Below are positions 11,221-19,441 of a DNA stretch of 29,340 nucleotides, one piece after another; position 1 is the first letter of the stretch; every line of letters starts with the position of its first letter. This stretch comes from Terrimicrobiaceae bacterium (lineage in GTDB: Bacteria; Verrucomicrobiota; Verrucomicrobiia; Chthoniobacterales; Terrimicrobiaceae). Under the pieces are notes generated by a model. The model was given only the letters and a program-made list of their open reading frames with translations. It was not told the origin of the DNA and ran no database searches. The stretch covers positions 1 through 29,340 of the forward strand of contig JBIIPZ010000036.1 in NCBI GenBank assembly GCA_044342325.1, in the 5' to 3' direction. The translations under genes were made by a program, and so were the position numbers.

Positions 11221-13502
11221 AGCGCACCCGGCCGGGATCACGCATTATTTTCCTCGGGTTGCTCATCCTTTTGAGCTTCGCGCTCATTTTGTTTCGCTTG
11301 TGGAATGTCCAGATCGTCCGTGGTTCGGAATACGCCTCGAAGATCAATACCAACTCGCAGGTGACCGTCCGCCTGCCTGCCGTTCGCGGGGAAATCCTCG
11401 ACCGCAACGGCATCAAGCTCGTGGAAAACCGCGCCAGCTTTGAAGTGGATTTCTACCTGCCCGACATGGTGCGCGCCTACCGCGAGAGCAAGGGTAGTGT
11501 GCCTATTACGACCTACCGCGGCCGCGTGCATAACATGCCGCGAGATCTCAAGGAGGCGGATGTTGTAAAAATCGTCTCCGAGACGGTCATTCCCCGCATG
11601 GAGGAACTCGGAGTGGCGAGGGACTACAATGCCAACGCTCTCCAGATCCACTACCGCACAAATCGCGAGGTGCCCTACAACTACCGTCAGGATTTGGATT
11701 TCGAGGAAATGGCGATTTTTTCTGAGAAAAACCTCGGACTCGCTGGCGTGAATGTGAGCGTGAAGCCGGTGCGTTGGTATGTTTACGGCTCCATGGCGTC
11801 CCACCTCCTCGGCTATGTCGGCTCCCCGCATGAACTCGACAAGCTCCCCGACCTCCGCAATTTCAATTTCTACGAACCCGACATCGAGGGCAAAACCCAG
11901 CTCGAGCTTTTTCTCAACGAGCACCTCAAAGGCAAGCCCGGCTCCCGCATCCTGCAGCGAAATGCCAAGGGCGTCATCGAGGGGGAGGTCGGTCGCCGCG
12001 AGCCTGTGCAGGGCAACAACGCCTACCTGACCATCGATGCAAAAATCCAATACCTCACCGAGCAGGCCCTCCGCGTCGTCGGTCGTGGCGCCGCCGTGGT
12101 CGTCGATCCTCGGAATGGCGATATCCTCGCCATGGCATCCGTCCCCTCATATGATCCGAATGTGTTCATCCCATCCATTCCCGCCTCGAAGTGGACAGAG
12201 ATCAACAAGGATGAGACGAATCCCCTCGTTAACCGCGCCATCAGCGCCTATGCGCCGGGCTCGACCTACAAAATCCCCATCGCCCTCGCGGGAATGCGTG
12301 CCGGCTTGGGAGAAAAATCCTTCAGCTGCTACGGCGGCGTGCAATACGGCAACAAATACATGAGGTGCTGGATCGCTGAAAAAAAACGCACCCATGGCCA
12401 GCTCTCCCTCGAAGATTCGATCAAAGTCTCCTGCAACGCCTATTTTTACCAATTCGGCAACGCGGCCGGGATCGAGCAGATCGTCGCTGTGGGCAATATG
12501 CTCGGCCTTGGTCAGAAGTCCGGCATCCCGATCTCAGGCGAGTCCCCCGGTGTGCTTCCCGGCCCGGAATGGCTCTCCGCAGTCAACCCCCGCGCCCGTT
12601 GGTCCAACGGCCTTACGGCAAACACTGCCATCGGCCAGGGCGATGTTCTGGCATCCCCACTCCAGATGGCCATGGTCACCGCTGCTGTTGCGAATGGCGG
12701 CACAGTTTACTACCCCCGCCTCGTCGACCGCATTGTCGATCAAAGCGGCAAGACCATTTCCCAAGAGCCTCCGCGCATCCGCGCAAATATCGTCACCGAT
12801 GGCGGCATCACCGCCGACCAGATCAATCACGTTCGCAAAGGCATGTGGAAGGTCGTGAATGAAGGAGGCGGCACCGCTGGCCGGGCCGCCAATTCCAAGA
12901 TGATCACCGCAGGCAAAACAGGCACCGCCCAGTTCTGGCGCTCGGGAAAGAAAGACAACCACACATGGTTCATTTCCTTCGCTCCTTACGACAATCCCGA
13001 ATATGCTGTCGTGGTGTTCGTTCAAGGCGCAAAGTCCGGCGGCGGTGTCTCCGCACCCATCGCAGCGAAAATTCTCGATGGAATTCAAAAATACAAATCT
13101 GGCGAGGAGGATGTGCAACTCGCCGCCCTCGAGCCCTCCAAAGGAAATTTCCTCTTCACCGAAAGTGTGAACTTTGACCGCGAGGTCGCCGCCTCCACAA
13201 AGCTTTTTGATGATGGCGAAACGGCTGAGAGCCCCTCCGCCGCCGGCCAGGAAAACCGCCCCAATGCCTCTCCCAATGTGCGAGAAGAGGCCGATGCCGC
13301 AGGCCGCGTCAAAAACAAAACCAAGCCGAAGGTAGCTAATTCCGAGGCCCCTGCGCCGAAGGCCGAACCAGCGCCCGCAACTCCAGTTTCCACCCCCAAA
13401 CCAAACCCCATCCAGAACATCTTCAATTTCATCGGAGGCAAGCGGGAGAATTCCAGCGGCTCTGACCAAAAGAAAAAAACCGAAAAGCCACCGGCCCGAT
13501 GA
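11217..13502 (+). CDS. mrdA: Penicillin-binding protein 2 (class B transpeptidase) with long C-terminal extension
   Basis: TM anchor, RGEILDRNG, LTIDAKIQ, catalytic SxxK (GSTYK), SCN and KTGTAQ. Located in the mre operon. Confidence 0.94.
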   Translation: MKRTRPGSRIIFLGLLILLSFALILFRLWNVQIVRGSEYASKINTNSQVTVRLPAVRGEILDRNGIKLVENRASFEVDFYLPDMVRAYRESKGSVPITTYRGRVHNMPRDLKEADVVKIVSETVIPRMEELGVARDYNANALQIHYRTNREVPYNYRQDLDFEEMAIFSEKNLGLAGVNVSVKPVRWYVYGSMASHLLGYVGSPHELDKLPDLRNFNFYEPDIEGKTQLELFLNEHLKGKPGSRILQRNAKGVIEGEVGRREPVQGNNAYLTIDAKIQYLTEQALRVVGRGAAVVVDPRNGDILAMASVPSYDPNVFIPSIPASKWTEINKDETNPLVNRAISAYAPGSTYKIPIALAGMRAGLGEKSFSCYGGVQYGNKYMRCWIAEKKRTHGQLSLEDSIKVSCNAYFYQFGNAAGIEQIVAVGNMLGLGQKSGIPISGESPGVLPGPEWLSAVNPRARWSNGLTANTAIGQGDVLASPLQMAMVTAAVANGGTVYYPRLVDRIVDQSGKTISQEPPRIRANIVTDGGITADQINHVRKGMWKVVNEGGGTAGRAANSKMITAGKTGTAQFWRSGKKDNHTWFISFAPYDNPEYAVVVFVQGAKSGGGVSAPIAAKILDGIQKYKSGEEDVQLAALEPSKGNFLFTESVNFDREVAASTKLFDDGETAESPSAAGQENRPNASPNVREEADAAGRVKNKTKPKVANSEAPAPKAEPAPATPVSTPKPNPIQNIFNFIGGKRENSSGSDQKKKTEKPPAR

Positions 13503-13551
13503 ACTCTCTCAACCCATGCTCCCCGGGGAGCGCCCAAACTACCAACCACCC

Positions 13552-15132
13552 ATGTTAGAAACCGTGAAAAGACTTTTAGGAATCGGAAAAAAAGCCACCG
13601 GCATCAAGCTGGTCATCAGCTGTGAAAAGCTCGAGAAACGCGTCGCGCTTCTCGAGAACAACCGGCTCGAGGAATACACCATCGAACGCGAAACCGATCG
13701 CAACATCGTAGGCAGCATTTTTAAAGGCAAGGTCCGCAACATCGAGCCCGGCATCAAAGCCATGTTCGTTGACATCGGATTTGAGAAAAATGCCTTCCTG
13801 CAGTTCTGGGACGCCATCCCGGCCGCCCTCGACAGCGGGATCGAAACCATCAATCGCGGCAACGGCAACGCCAAGAAGAAGGCCCCGCGCATCACCCACA
13901 AGGATGTGCCAAACATCTATCCCGTGGGCTCGGATGTCCTCGTGCAGGTGAAAAAAGGCCCCATCAGCAATAAGGGACCGCGCATCACTACGGATATCAG
14001 CATGCCCGGCCGCTATCTGGTTCTCATGCCCTTCAACGACCAGTTCGGCATCTCCCGCAAGATCGAGGATCCCAAGGAGCGCGAACGCCTCCGCAAGATT
14101 CTGCGCGAACTCGAAGTGCCCGAAGGCATGGGAGTCATCATGCGCACAGTCGGTGCCGGGCAGCGTTCCCGCTACTTCGTGCGCGACTTGAGCATCCTTC
14201 TCGAGCAATGGGCGCAGGTCCAAAAAGGCCTCGAGGAAAAACCCGCTCCCGCCTGCCTTTTCGAGGAGCCCGATCTCATCGAGCGCTCGGTGCGCGACTT
14301 CCTCACCGACGAGGTCGACGCCGTCATCATCGACGATGCGAAGTCCGCCGAGCGTATGCAGAATCTCGTGGGCCAGATCTCCAAGCGCGCCAAGAAATCC
14401 ATCCAGCACTACACCGGCGTCCAGCCGATCTTCGAGTGCTTCGGCGTGAAGGCCCAGATCGACGCCGCTTTCCACCGCCAAGTCTGGCTGCCCTGCGGCG
14501 GTTACATTGTCATCGACGAGACCGAGGCCATGATCGCGGTGGATGTCAACACCGGCCGCAACAAGGGGGCGAAGGACATGGAAAAAACCATCCTTCAGAC
14601 GAACCTCGAAGCCGCCGAGGAGATCGCCCGCCAACTCCGCCTCCGCAATATCGGCGGATTGATCGTTGCCGACTTCATCGACATGAAGAATCGCAAGGAT
14701 CAGCAGGCCGTTTACACACGCATCAAAGAACGCCTCAAGCGCGACAAGGCCCGCACCCATGTGCTCCCGATCTCTCAGCTCGGTCTCATGGAAATGACCC
14801 GCCAGCGCGCCAATGAGAGCCTCGCCAGCGCCGTCTTCATCCCGTGCCCGCATTGCAGCGGCAAGGGCGTGATCAAGAGCCCCATGACCATGAGCGTGGA
14901 GCTCCAGCGCGCCCTCCACTCCGTCATGCGCAAGCACCAGGAGATCGTTCACGAGGTCCGTGTCACCGTGCATCCCGACCTCCTCAACCGCCTCCGCACC
15001 GACGACGAGGAGCACCTCATCGACATCGAGCGCCGCTACGCCGGACGCCTTATTTTCCGCGCCGACCCGACCTTCCACCAGGAAAAATTCGTCATCGCCG
15101 ACGCCAAAACCGGCGAGGAACTCAAAGGCTGA
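13552..15132 (+). CDS. rng: Ribonuclease E/G family (RNase G-sized)
   Basis: S1 domain (GSIFKGKV..AMFVDIG), GRYLVLMP, VDVNTG, NIGGLIVADFIDM, SQLGLMEMTRQR and Zn-link CPHCSGKG. Start is ATG 13552, alternatively 13516. Confidence 0.93.
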   Translation: MLETVKRLLGIGKKATGIKLVISCEKLEKRVALLENNRLEEYTIERETDRNIVGSIFKGKVRNIEPGIKAMFVDIGFEKNAFLQFWDAIPAALDSGIETINRGNGNAKKKAPRITHKDVPNIYPVGSDVLVQVKKGPISNKGPRITTDISMPGRYLVLMPFNDQFGISRKIEDPKERERLRKILRELEVPEGMGVIMRTVGAGQRSRYFVRDLSILLEQWAQVQKGLEEKPAPACLFEEPDLIERSVRDFLTDEVDAVIIDDAKSAERMQNLVGQISKRAKKSIQHYTGVQPIFECFGVKAQIDAAFHRQVWLPCGGYIVIDETEAMIAVDVNTGRNKGAKDMEKTILQTNLEAAEEIARQLRLRNIGGLIVADFIDMKNRKDQQAVYTRIKERLKRDKARTHVLPISQLGLMEMTRQRANESLASAVFIPCPHCSGKGVIKSPMTMSVELQRALHSVMRKHQEIVHEVRVTVHPDLLNRLRTDDEEHLIDIERRYAGRLIFRADPTFHQEKFVIADAKTGEELKG

Positions 15133-15136
15133 TCCC

Positions 15137-16528
15137 GTGCTTCTCCGCGAAGAATACATCGCCGCTTTCACCCACGAGGACCGGGTCGTGCGAAACACGG
15201 CCCTGGAACTCGTGACCCGGTGCAAGGCGGGTGGAATGGACGCAACTCGCCAAGCCCTGTGCACCATAGAGGCTCATGGCTTCGACGGGGGCTTTCTTTA
15301 TTTGCACAACCTCCTCGAATTGCCACTCGATCATGAAACCTCCGGGCAGCTTCTCGGTCTCCTTTGCAGCGAGCATCACCGAGGTTCTTCGCATCTGGTG
15401 TTCGAGTGGTTGATCACAATGGCCCCAGTTGGCTTCTTGGGCATTCACCGTGATGCCATCCGTGGGCTTGAAAAGGACTACGAATCTTTTTTTCGCGATG
15501 ACTTTATCGGAAAGCGCATCGAGGGCAGGCTGCGCTTGGCTGCCACGCCCCCATCGGAACTCCTGCTCCGTCTCGACGAGCTTCCCATGGAGTGCTCAGT
15601 GCCTCGGCCTTCTTATCCAAGCGATCTGGTCAATGAGGCGAATAAAATCATAGACACTCTGGCCGACATTCCCGCGTTTCGCGGCGAACTCGAATCCCGG
15701 GCCAATTCTTGGATTGCCCTCGATTTGGAGGCGGATGCACCTGACATTGCAGAGGGGGAAGCCCCGGTTCTCGATAATTTCTGGCACGTCATATTCGCTG
15801 TTTCCATAGTCGGTAAACTCCGCCTCCTGCACGCCATCCCGACTCTTGTGAAACTCTTGAGTCTCGATGTCGATAGCATGAACGAACATGTCGCCGATGC
15901 ACTTGAGGAGATGAACTCCATCCATACCCTTCAAGCCTGGGAGGAGGCGTATCCGAAACTCGAGTGGCACGAGCGTCTCTTTTTGGGCGGCACCTGCAGC
16001 CACATCTCCGAACCCGGAGTGGACGCCTTCCTCCAACGCTTGCTGGAGAACGAAGACGATCCGGAATTATTCATACGGCTCATGGCGTGCCTCTCCATGC
16101 AACCCACCGAATCCGCCACCGAACTCTGTGCGGAATTTTATCGGGATTATCAGGATGATCCTGAAGCCCAGGAAATCGCCGAGAATCTCTACACGCGCCA
16201 CATTGTTCTCGATCAGCCTCATGCTGATTTAAAAATCTGGCAAAAAGTTAGTTGCGATATCTACGAGCGTTTCCTCAAAGCCAAAAGTTCTGTTTCCGAC
16301 TTCAGCTTTCCCGAGCCTGATGACACTGATGACACTGATGACACTGATGACACTGATGAGGAATCCCTCGACGAAGAATCCCTCGACGATGCTCCGTTGC
16401 CATGGAATTCTCCCGCGCCCTCCTCGAAAATCGCCGAGCCATTCATCGCCCCTCCCAAGACCGCCCGAAACGACCCTTGCCCCTGCGGTTCGGGAAAAAA
16501 ATTCAAAAAGTGCTGCTTCACAGTCTGA
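15137..16528 (+). CDS. SEC-C metal-binding motif protein with acidic helical (HEAT-like) body
   Basis: C-terminal ARNDPCPCGSGKKFKKCC. Helical repeats such as LHAIPTLVKLL..EHVADAL. In-frame GTG at 15137 lies 4 nt after the rng stop, so the longer ORF-track start overlapping rng was rejected. Confidence 0.82.
   Translation: MLLREEYIAAFTHEDRVVRNTALELVTRCKAGGMDATRQALCTIEAHGFDGGFLYLHNLLELPLDHETSGQLLGLLCSEHHRGSSHLVFEWLITMAPVGFLGIHRDAIRGLEKDYESFFRDDFIGKRIEGRLRLAATPPSELLLRLDELPMECSVPRPSYPSDLVNEANKIIDTLADIPAFRGELESRANSWIALDLEADAPDIAEGEAPVLDNFWHVIFAVSIVGKLRLLHAIPTLVKLLSLDVDSMNEHVADALEEMNSIHTLQAWEEAYPKLEWHERLFLGGTCSHISEPGVDAFLQRLLENEDDPELFIRLMACLSMQPTESATELCAEFYRDYQDDPEAQEIAENLYTRHIVLDQPHADLKIWQKVSCDIYERFLKAKSSVSDFSFPEPDDTDDTDDTDDTDEESLDEESLDDAPLPWNSPAPSSKIAEPFIAPPKTARNDPCPCGSGKKFKKCCFTV
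16317..16387 (+). repeat. In-frame coding tandem repeats: (CTGATGACA)x4.8 then 15-bp GARGAATCCCTCGAC x2
   Basis: Read directly from the sequence. Encodes DDTDDTDDTDDTDEESLDEESLD. Confidence 0.92.
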
Positions 16529-16602
16529 TCTGCGAATCTCGTTAATTCGTTTTTTGAAGAAAAGAAATAAGGGTCAATAACGTCCGCGGCGCCCGGATAG
16601 AA

Positions 16603-16655
16603 TGGGGTCGTTCGGCAACAAAATATATTGCGGCCGTTCGCCGACATGTTATAGT
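16603..16655 (+). promoter_or_regulatory. Putative hipBA promoter with two 18-bp operator-like repeats
   Basis: TGGGGTCGTTCGGCAACA (16603-16620) and TGCGGCCGTTCGCCGACA (16629-16646) are 14/18 identical. A -35-like TTGCGG sits at 16628 and an extended -10 TGtTATAGT at 16647-16655. Confidence 0.55.
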
Positions 16656-16661
16656 TTTGCC

Positions 16662-16937
16662 ATGAAAACAAAAACCGTTCGTGATGTTGCCGCGCTGGCG
16701 CGGAAAAAGCGACGGGAGCTTGGTTTGGCTCAAGCGCAGCTGGCAGCAGCTGTCGGCGTTGGCCGCGAATGGATCATTGATTTCGAAAAAGGCAAATCCA
16801 CCGTCGAGTGGGGACTGGTGTTTCGCACCCTCAAGGAGCTGGGATTGGAGATCGACCTTGCCGAATCCCGGCAAATCCCGCCATCACCCGCAGAGGATGA
16901 TTTAACGGCCGTTCTGGAGCGAGGCCGGCGCCCATGA
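16662..16937 (+). CDS. hipB: HipB-like XRE/Cro HTH antitoxin
   Basis: 91 aa from ATG 16662, with HTH RRELGLAQAQLAAAVGVGREWIIDFEKGK. ATGA overlap with hipA. Confidence 0.88.
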   Translation: MKTKTVRDVAALARKKRRELGLAQAQLAAAVGVGREWIIDFEKGKSTVEWGLVFRTLKELGLEIDLAESRQIPPSPAEDDLTAVLERGRRP

Positions 16938-18229
16938 AGAATCGATTAATGGCAATCGCCGGTGGGCGAATCATGGGCGAAGTTCGTTACGAAGGTGGGC
17001 GTTTGGATTTTCACTACGATCTCTCTTGGAGTGATGACGCCTCGGCTTTTCCGATGTCCCTGTCCATGCCGCTCGTAGTCCAACAACACGGGCACTCGAA
17101 GGTGGAGGCTTTTTTGTGGGGCTTGCTGCCAGACAACGAAGTGGTGCTCCAGCGCTGGGGCCAGAAGTTTCGCGTTTCTCCGCGCAACCCGTTCCGCTTG
17201 ATCGATAATGTTGGCGAGGATTGTGCCGGTGCCATCCAGTTTGCTAGACCGGATCGTGTGGAGCATTTGCTCGGGCAATCGCAAAAGCCGACAGTGCACT
17301 GGATTTCCAATACCGAGCTGGATGAACGCATCGCTCTGTTGGTTGCTGATGCCGCCGCAACCAGACTTGGCAGTGACAATGGTCAATTCAGCCTCGCCGG
17401 CGCCCAACCCAAGCTCGCTCTCTACCGCGACAGGGATTCCGGTCGCTGGGGCGTGCCCGAGGGCAGAACGCCCACCACCCACATCTTGAAACCCTCCACT
17501 GGAGCGTTCGATGGGCAAACCGAGAACGAGCATTTTTGCCTGCAACTTGCGGCGGAACTCGGATTCGTTGCCGCGAATTCCAGCGTCTGCATATGCGGCG
17601 GCCTTCCGGTGATCGTTGTCGAGCGCTATGACCGCTTGGCAAAGGGCTCAAGCATCCAGCGAATCCATCAGGAGGACATGTGCCAGGCATTGTCGGTGCG
17701 CCCTCAAAAAAAATATCAAAACCAGGGAGGGCCGTCGCCAAAAGCAATCGCAGAATTAATCCGATCCCACTCGGTCAGTCCCGACGAGGATGTGTTGCGC
17801 TTCGCCGACAGTTTGATTTTGAACTGGCTCATGGGAGGCACCGACGGACATGCAAAAAATTATTCCTTTCTCCTCGGGGCAGGCGGGCAGGTCCGGTTGG
17901 CGCCGATCTACGATTTGGCAAGTTCACTTCCCTATCCCCAGCAAATCCAACCCCGCACGGCCACACTCGCGATGAAAATCGGGTCCGAATACCGCTTGTG
18001 GCGCATCGGCAAAAAAGAGTGGGAATCCTGCGCCCGTGAAATTCGAATTTCTTCCAAGGAACTTCTCGACCGCATCGCGCTAATGGCCGCATCGCTTCCA
18101 GAGGCGGCCGAACGCGCCGCTCATCGACTTGCCAACGATGGCATCAATCATCCCGTCATCCCGAATTTGGTGGAATGCCTGTTGGCGCACAGCAGGAAAT
18201 GCGTAGAACTCGTTTCCAAACCCTCATAG
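16934..18229 (+). CDS. hipA: HipA-family serine/threonine kinase toxin
   Basis: Motifs SLSMP, FLWGLLPD, VGEDCAGA, P-loop SLAGAQPK, HILKP, HQEDMCQAL, catalytic TDGHAKNYS and LAPIYDLAS. Confidence 0.96.
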   Translation: MKNRLMAIAGGRIMGEVRYEGGRLDFHYDLSWSDDASAFPMSLSMPLVVQQHGHSKVEAFLWGLLPDNEVVLQRWGQKFRVSPRNPFRLIDNVGEDCAGAIQFARPDRVEHLLGQSQKPTVHWISNTELDERIALLVADAAATRLGSDNGQFSLAGAQPKLALYRDRDSGRWGVPEGRTPTTHILKPSTGAFDGQTENEHFCLQLAAELGFVAANSSVCICGGLPVIVVERYDRLAKGSSIQRIHQEDMCQALSVRPQKKYQNQGGPSPKAIAELIRSHSVSPDEDVLRFADSLILNWLMGGTDGHAKNYSFLLGAGGQVRLAPIYDLASSLPYPQQIQPRTATLAMKIGSEYRLWRIGKKEWESCAREIRISSKELLDRIALMAASLPEAAERAAHRLANDGINHPVIPNLVECLLAHSRKCVELVSKPS

Positions 18230-18262
18230 CAAGAGGGGAACTCAAGGTCTGATCCCGCGATT

Positions 18263-18790
18263 CTACCGCGCTGGTCCGGTGCGAAAGTCCTTGGCTAGCA
18301 CGTCCTCCAACGCGGTCATTGCGTCCTGCAACTCCGCGCGTAAAGCCTCTGCGTGAGGGGAGGGGTCGAGTGGAGGAGTAAAAACACCCGCACACCGCGT
18401 GGCCAGCGGCCGGATTTTTCGGTCGTCGCCCAGCATTTCCAGCAACTCCCGCACGCGATCGCTACGCCTCCGTGCCTCTTGGATTTTTTCCATCGCCTGC
18501 GCCTCGGTGATTTGAGTTGCTGAAACGGCCAGAAGCTGGCGGCAATCGAATGCCCGGCATCGCTGCGGCCGTTCGGCATAAATCCGGCAGCAATTCCCGT
18601 CATGCGCCGGACAGGGTTGTTGAAATTGCAACTCCCCATCGCGCCGCCTCGCCCTCAGACCCTTCGCTGCCAAAGCGCGAAGCGAATCCTCCGGTTGGAC
18701 AGCCATTCCATGGAAAAGCACCCCGTTGCAGCACATGCCGCACGCAGAGCAGAGCCGTGCGGCGGATTCGGAAAAAGCGGAGTCGTTCAT
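18263..18790 (-). CDS. YkgJ-family cysteine-cluster (CxxCxxCC) protein
   Basis: Motifs CSACGMCC and CPAH..CRIYAERPQRCRAFDC. Confidence 0.88.
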   Translation of the reverse strand: MNDSAFSESAARLCSACGMCCNGVLFHGMAVQPEDSLRALAAKGLRARRRDGELQFQQPCPAHDGNCCRIYAERPQRCRAFDCRQLLAVSATQITEAQAMEKIQEARRRSDRVRELLEMLGDDRKIRPLATRCAGVFTPPLDPSPHAEALRAELQDAMTALEDVLAKDFRTGPAR

Positions 18791-18796
18791 TGGATA

Positions 18797-19147
18797 TTAG
18801 GCTACCTTACCACGCATCTTCTTCGTTTCCGAGCGGCGGCGCTTCGATTCGACCAGCTTCGCCTTCGTGCCCCGCGAGCGTTTGGCCTTTCGCCGCCGTT
18901 CCCGCGAGGCTTCCGCCAACTGCTCCAGCTTCTTCGCCTCGACCGCTTCATTGATTTTTTGCAGCAGCCTCCGCCGAGCGGTCTCCCGGTTCATCGCCTG
19001 CGAGCGCGAATCCGAAACCGTCACACTCAAGCCCGTCGGAACATGGCGCAAAGTGACAGCCGTCGAGACCTTGTTCACATGCTGACCGCCAGGCCCGCTC
19101 GAGCGTGAGAACATCTCCTCAATATCGGCATCGCGCAGATTTTTCAT
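18797..19147 (-). CDS. GGQ peptidyl-tRNA hydrolase, ArfB-like ribosome rescue factor
   Basis: FSRSSGPGGQHVNK and SRSQAMNR with a basic tail KRRRSETKKMRG. No codon-recognition domains. Confidence 0.87.
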   Translation of the reverse strand: MKNLRDADIEEMFSRSSGPGGQHVNKVSTAVTLRHVPTGLSVTVSDSRSQAMNRETARRRLLQKINEAVEAKKLEQLAEASRERRRKAKRSRGTKAKLVESKRRRSETKKMRGKVA

Positions 19148-19441
19148 TCAGATGGCTTCGTTCCTACTCGCAAAATCGTTCTTTGCAGAACTCATTTTGG
19201 GAGGGCCATCGTCCCGCATGGCCCAAATATCAAACACGGAAGCCGCAAAGCCACTTCCAGACACCTCTCCGCCAAAACCGCTCGAGCCTCACCAATCTCC
19301 TGCACGGCCGTTACGGCCACCTCTCAGGCGCCGCTTCACGGCTGAAACTTGGACCATGTGAACCGAAACAATGTGAAATGCGAAGAAATGCGCCTTGCTG
19401 ATTGGGGGTCTCGGGATTTGGCCTTGTTCTGGTATAAGGGA

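Noticed and set aside
14960..15136. N-terminal extension of the SEC-C ORF overlapping rng
   Set aside because: An S/T/P-rich alternate-frame read of rng. An in-frame GTG exists just after the rng stop.
13576..15267. 563-aa antisense ORF over rng, and similar ones at 1645-2985, 3650-4597, 6338-7489, 19760-20707 and 20704-21633
   Set aside because: Shadow ORFs caused by GC-rich codon bias opposite well-supported genes, with no recognisable motifs.
16317..16387. Possible CRISPR-like array
   Set aside because: Contiguous 9- and 15-bp in-frame repeats with no spacers and no cas genes.
19148..19441. 69-aa ORF 19152-19361 and a CCAAGTTT(C)AGC similarity to the IS end at 28571
   Set aside because: The ORF is low-complexity and opposes its neighbours. 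The match is too short and has no partner end.
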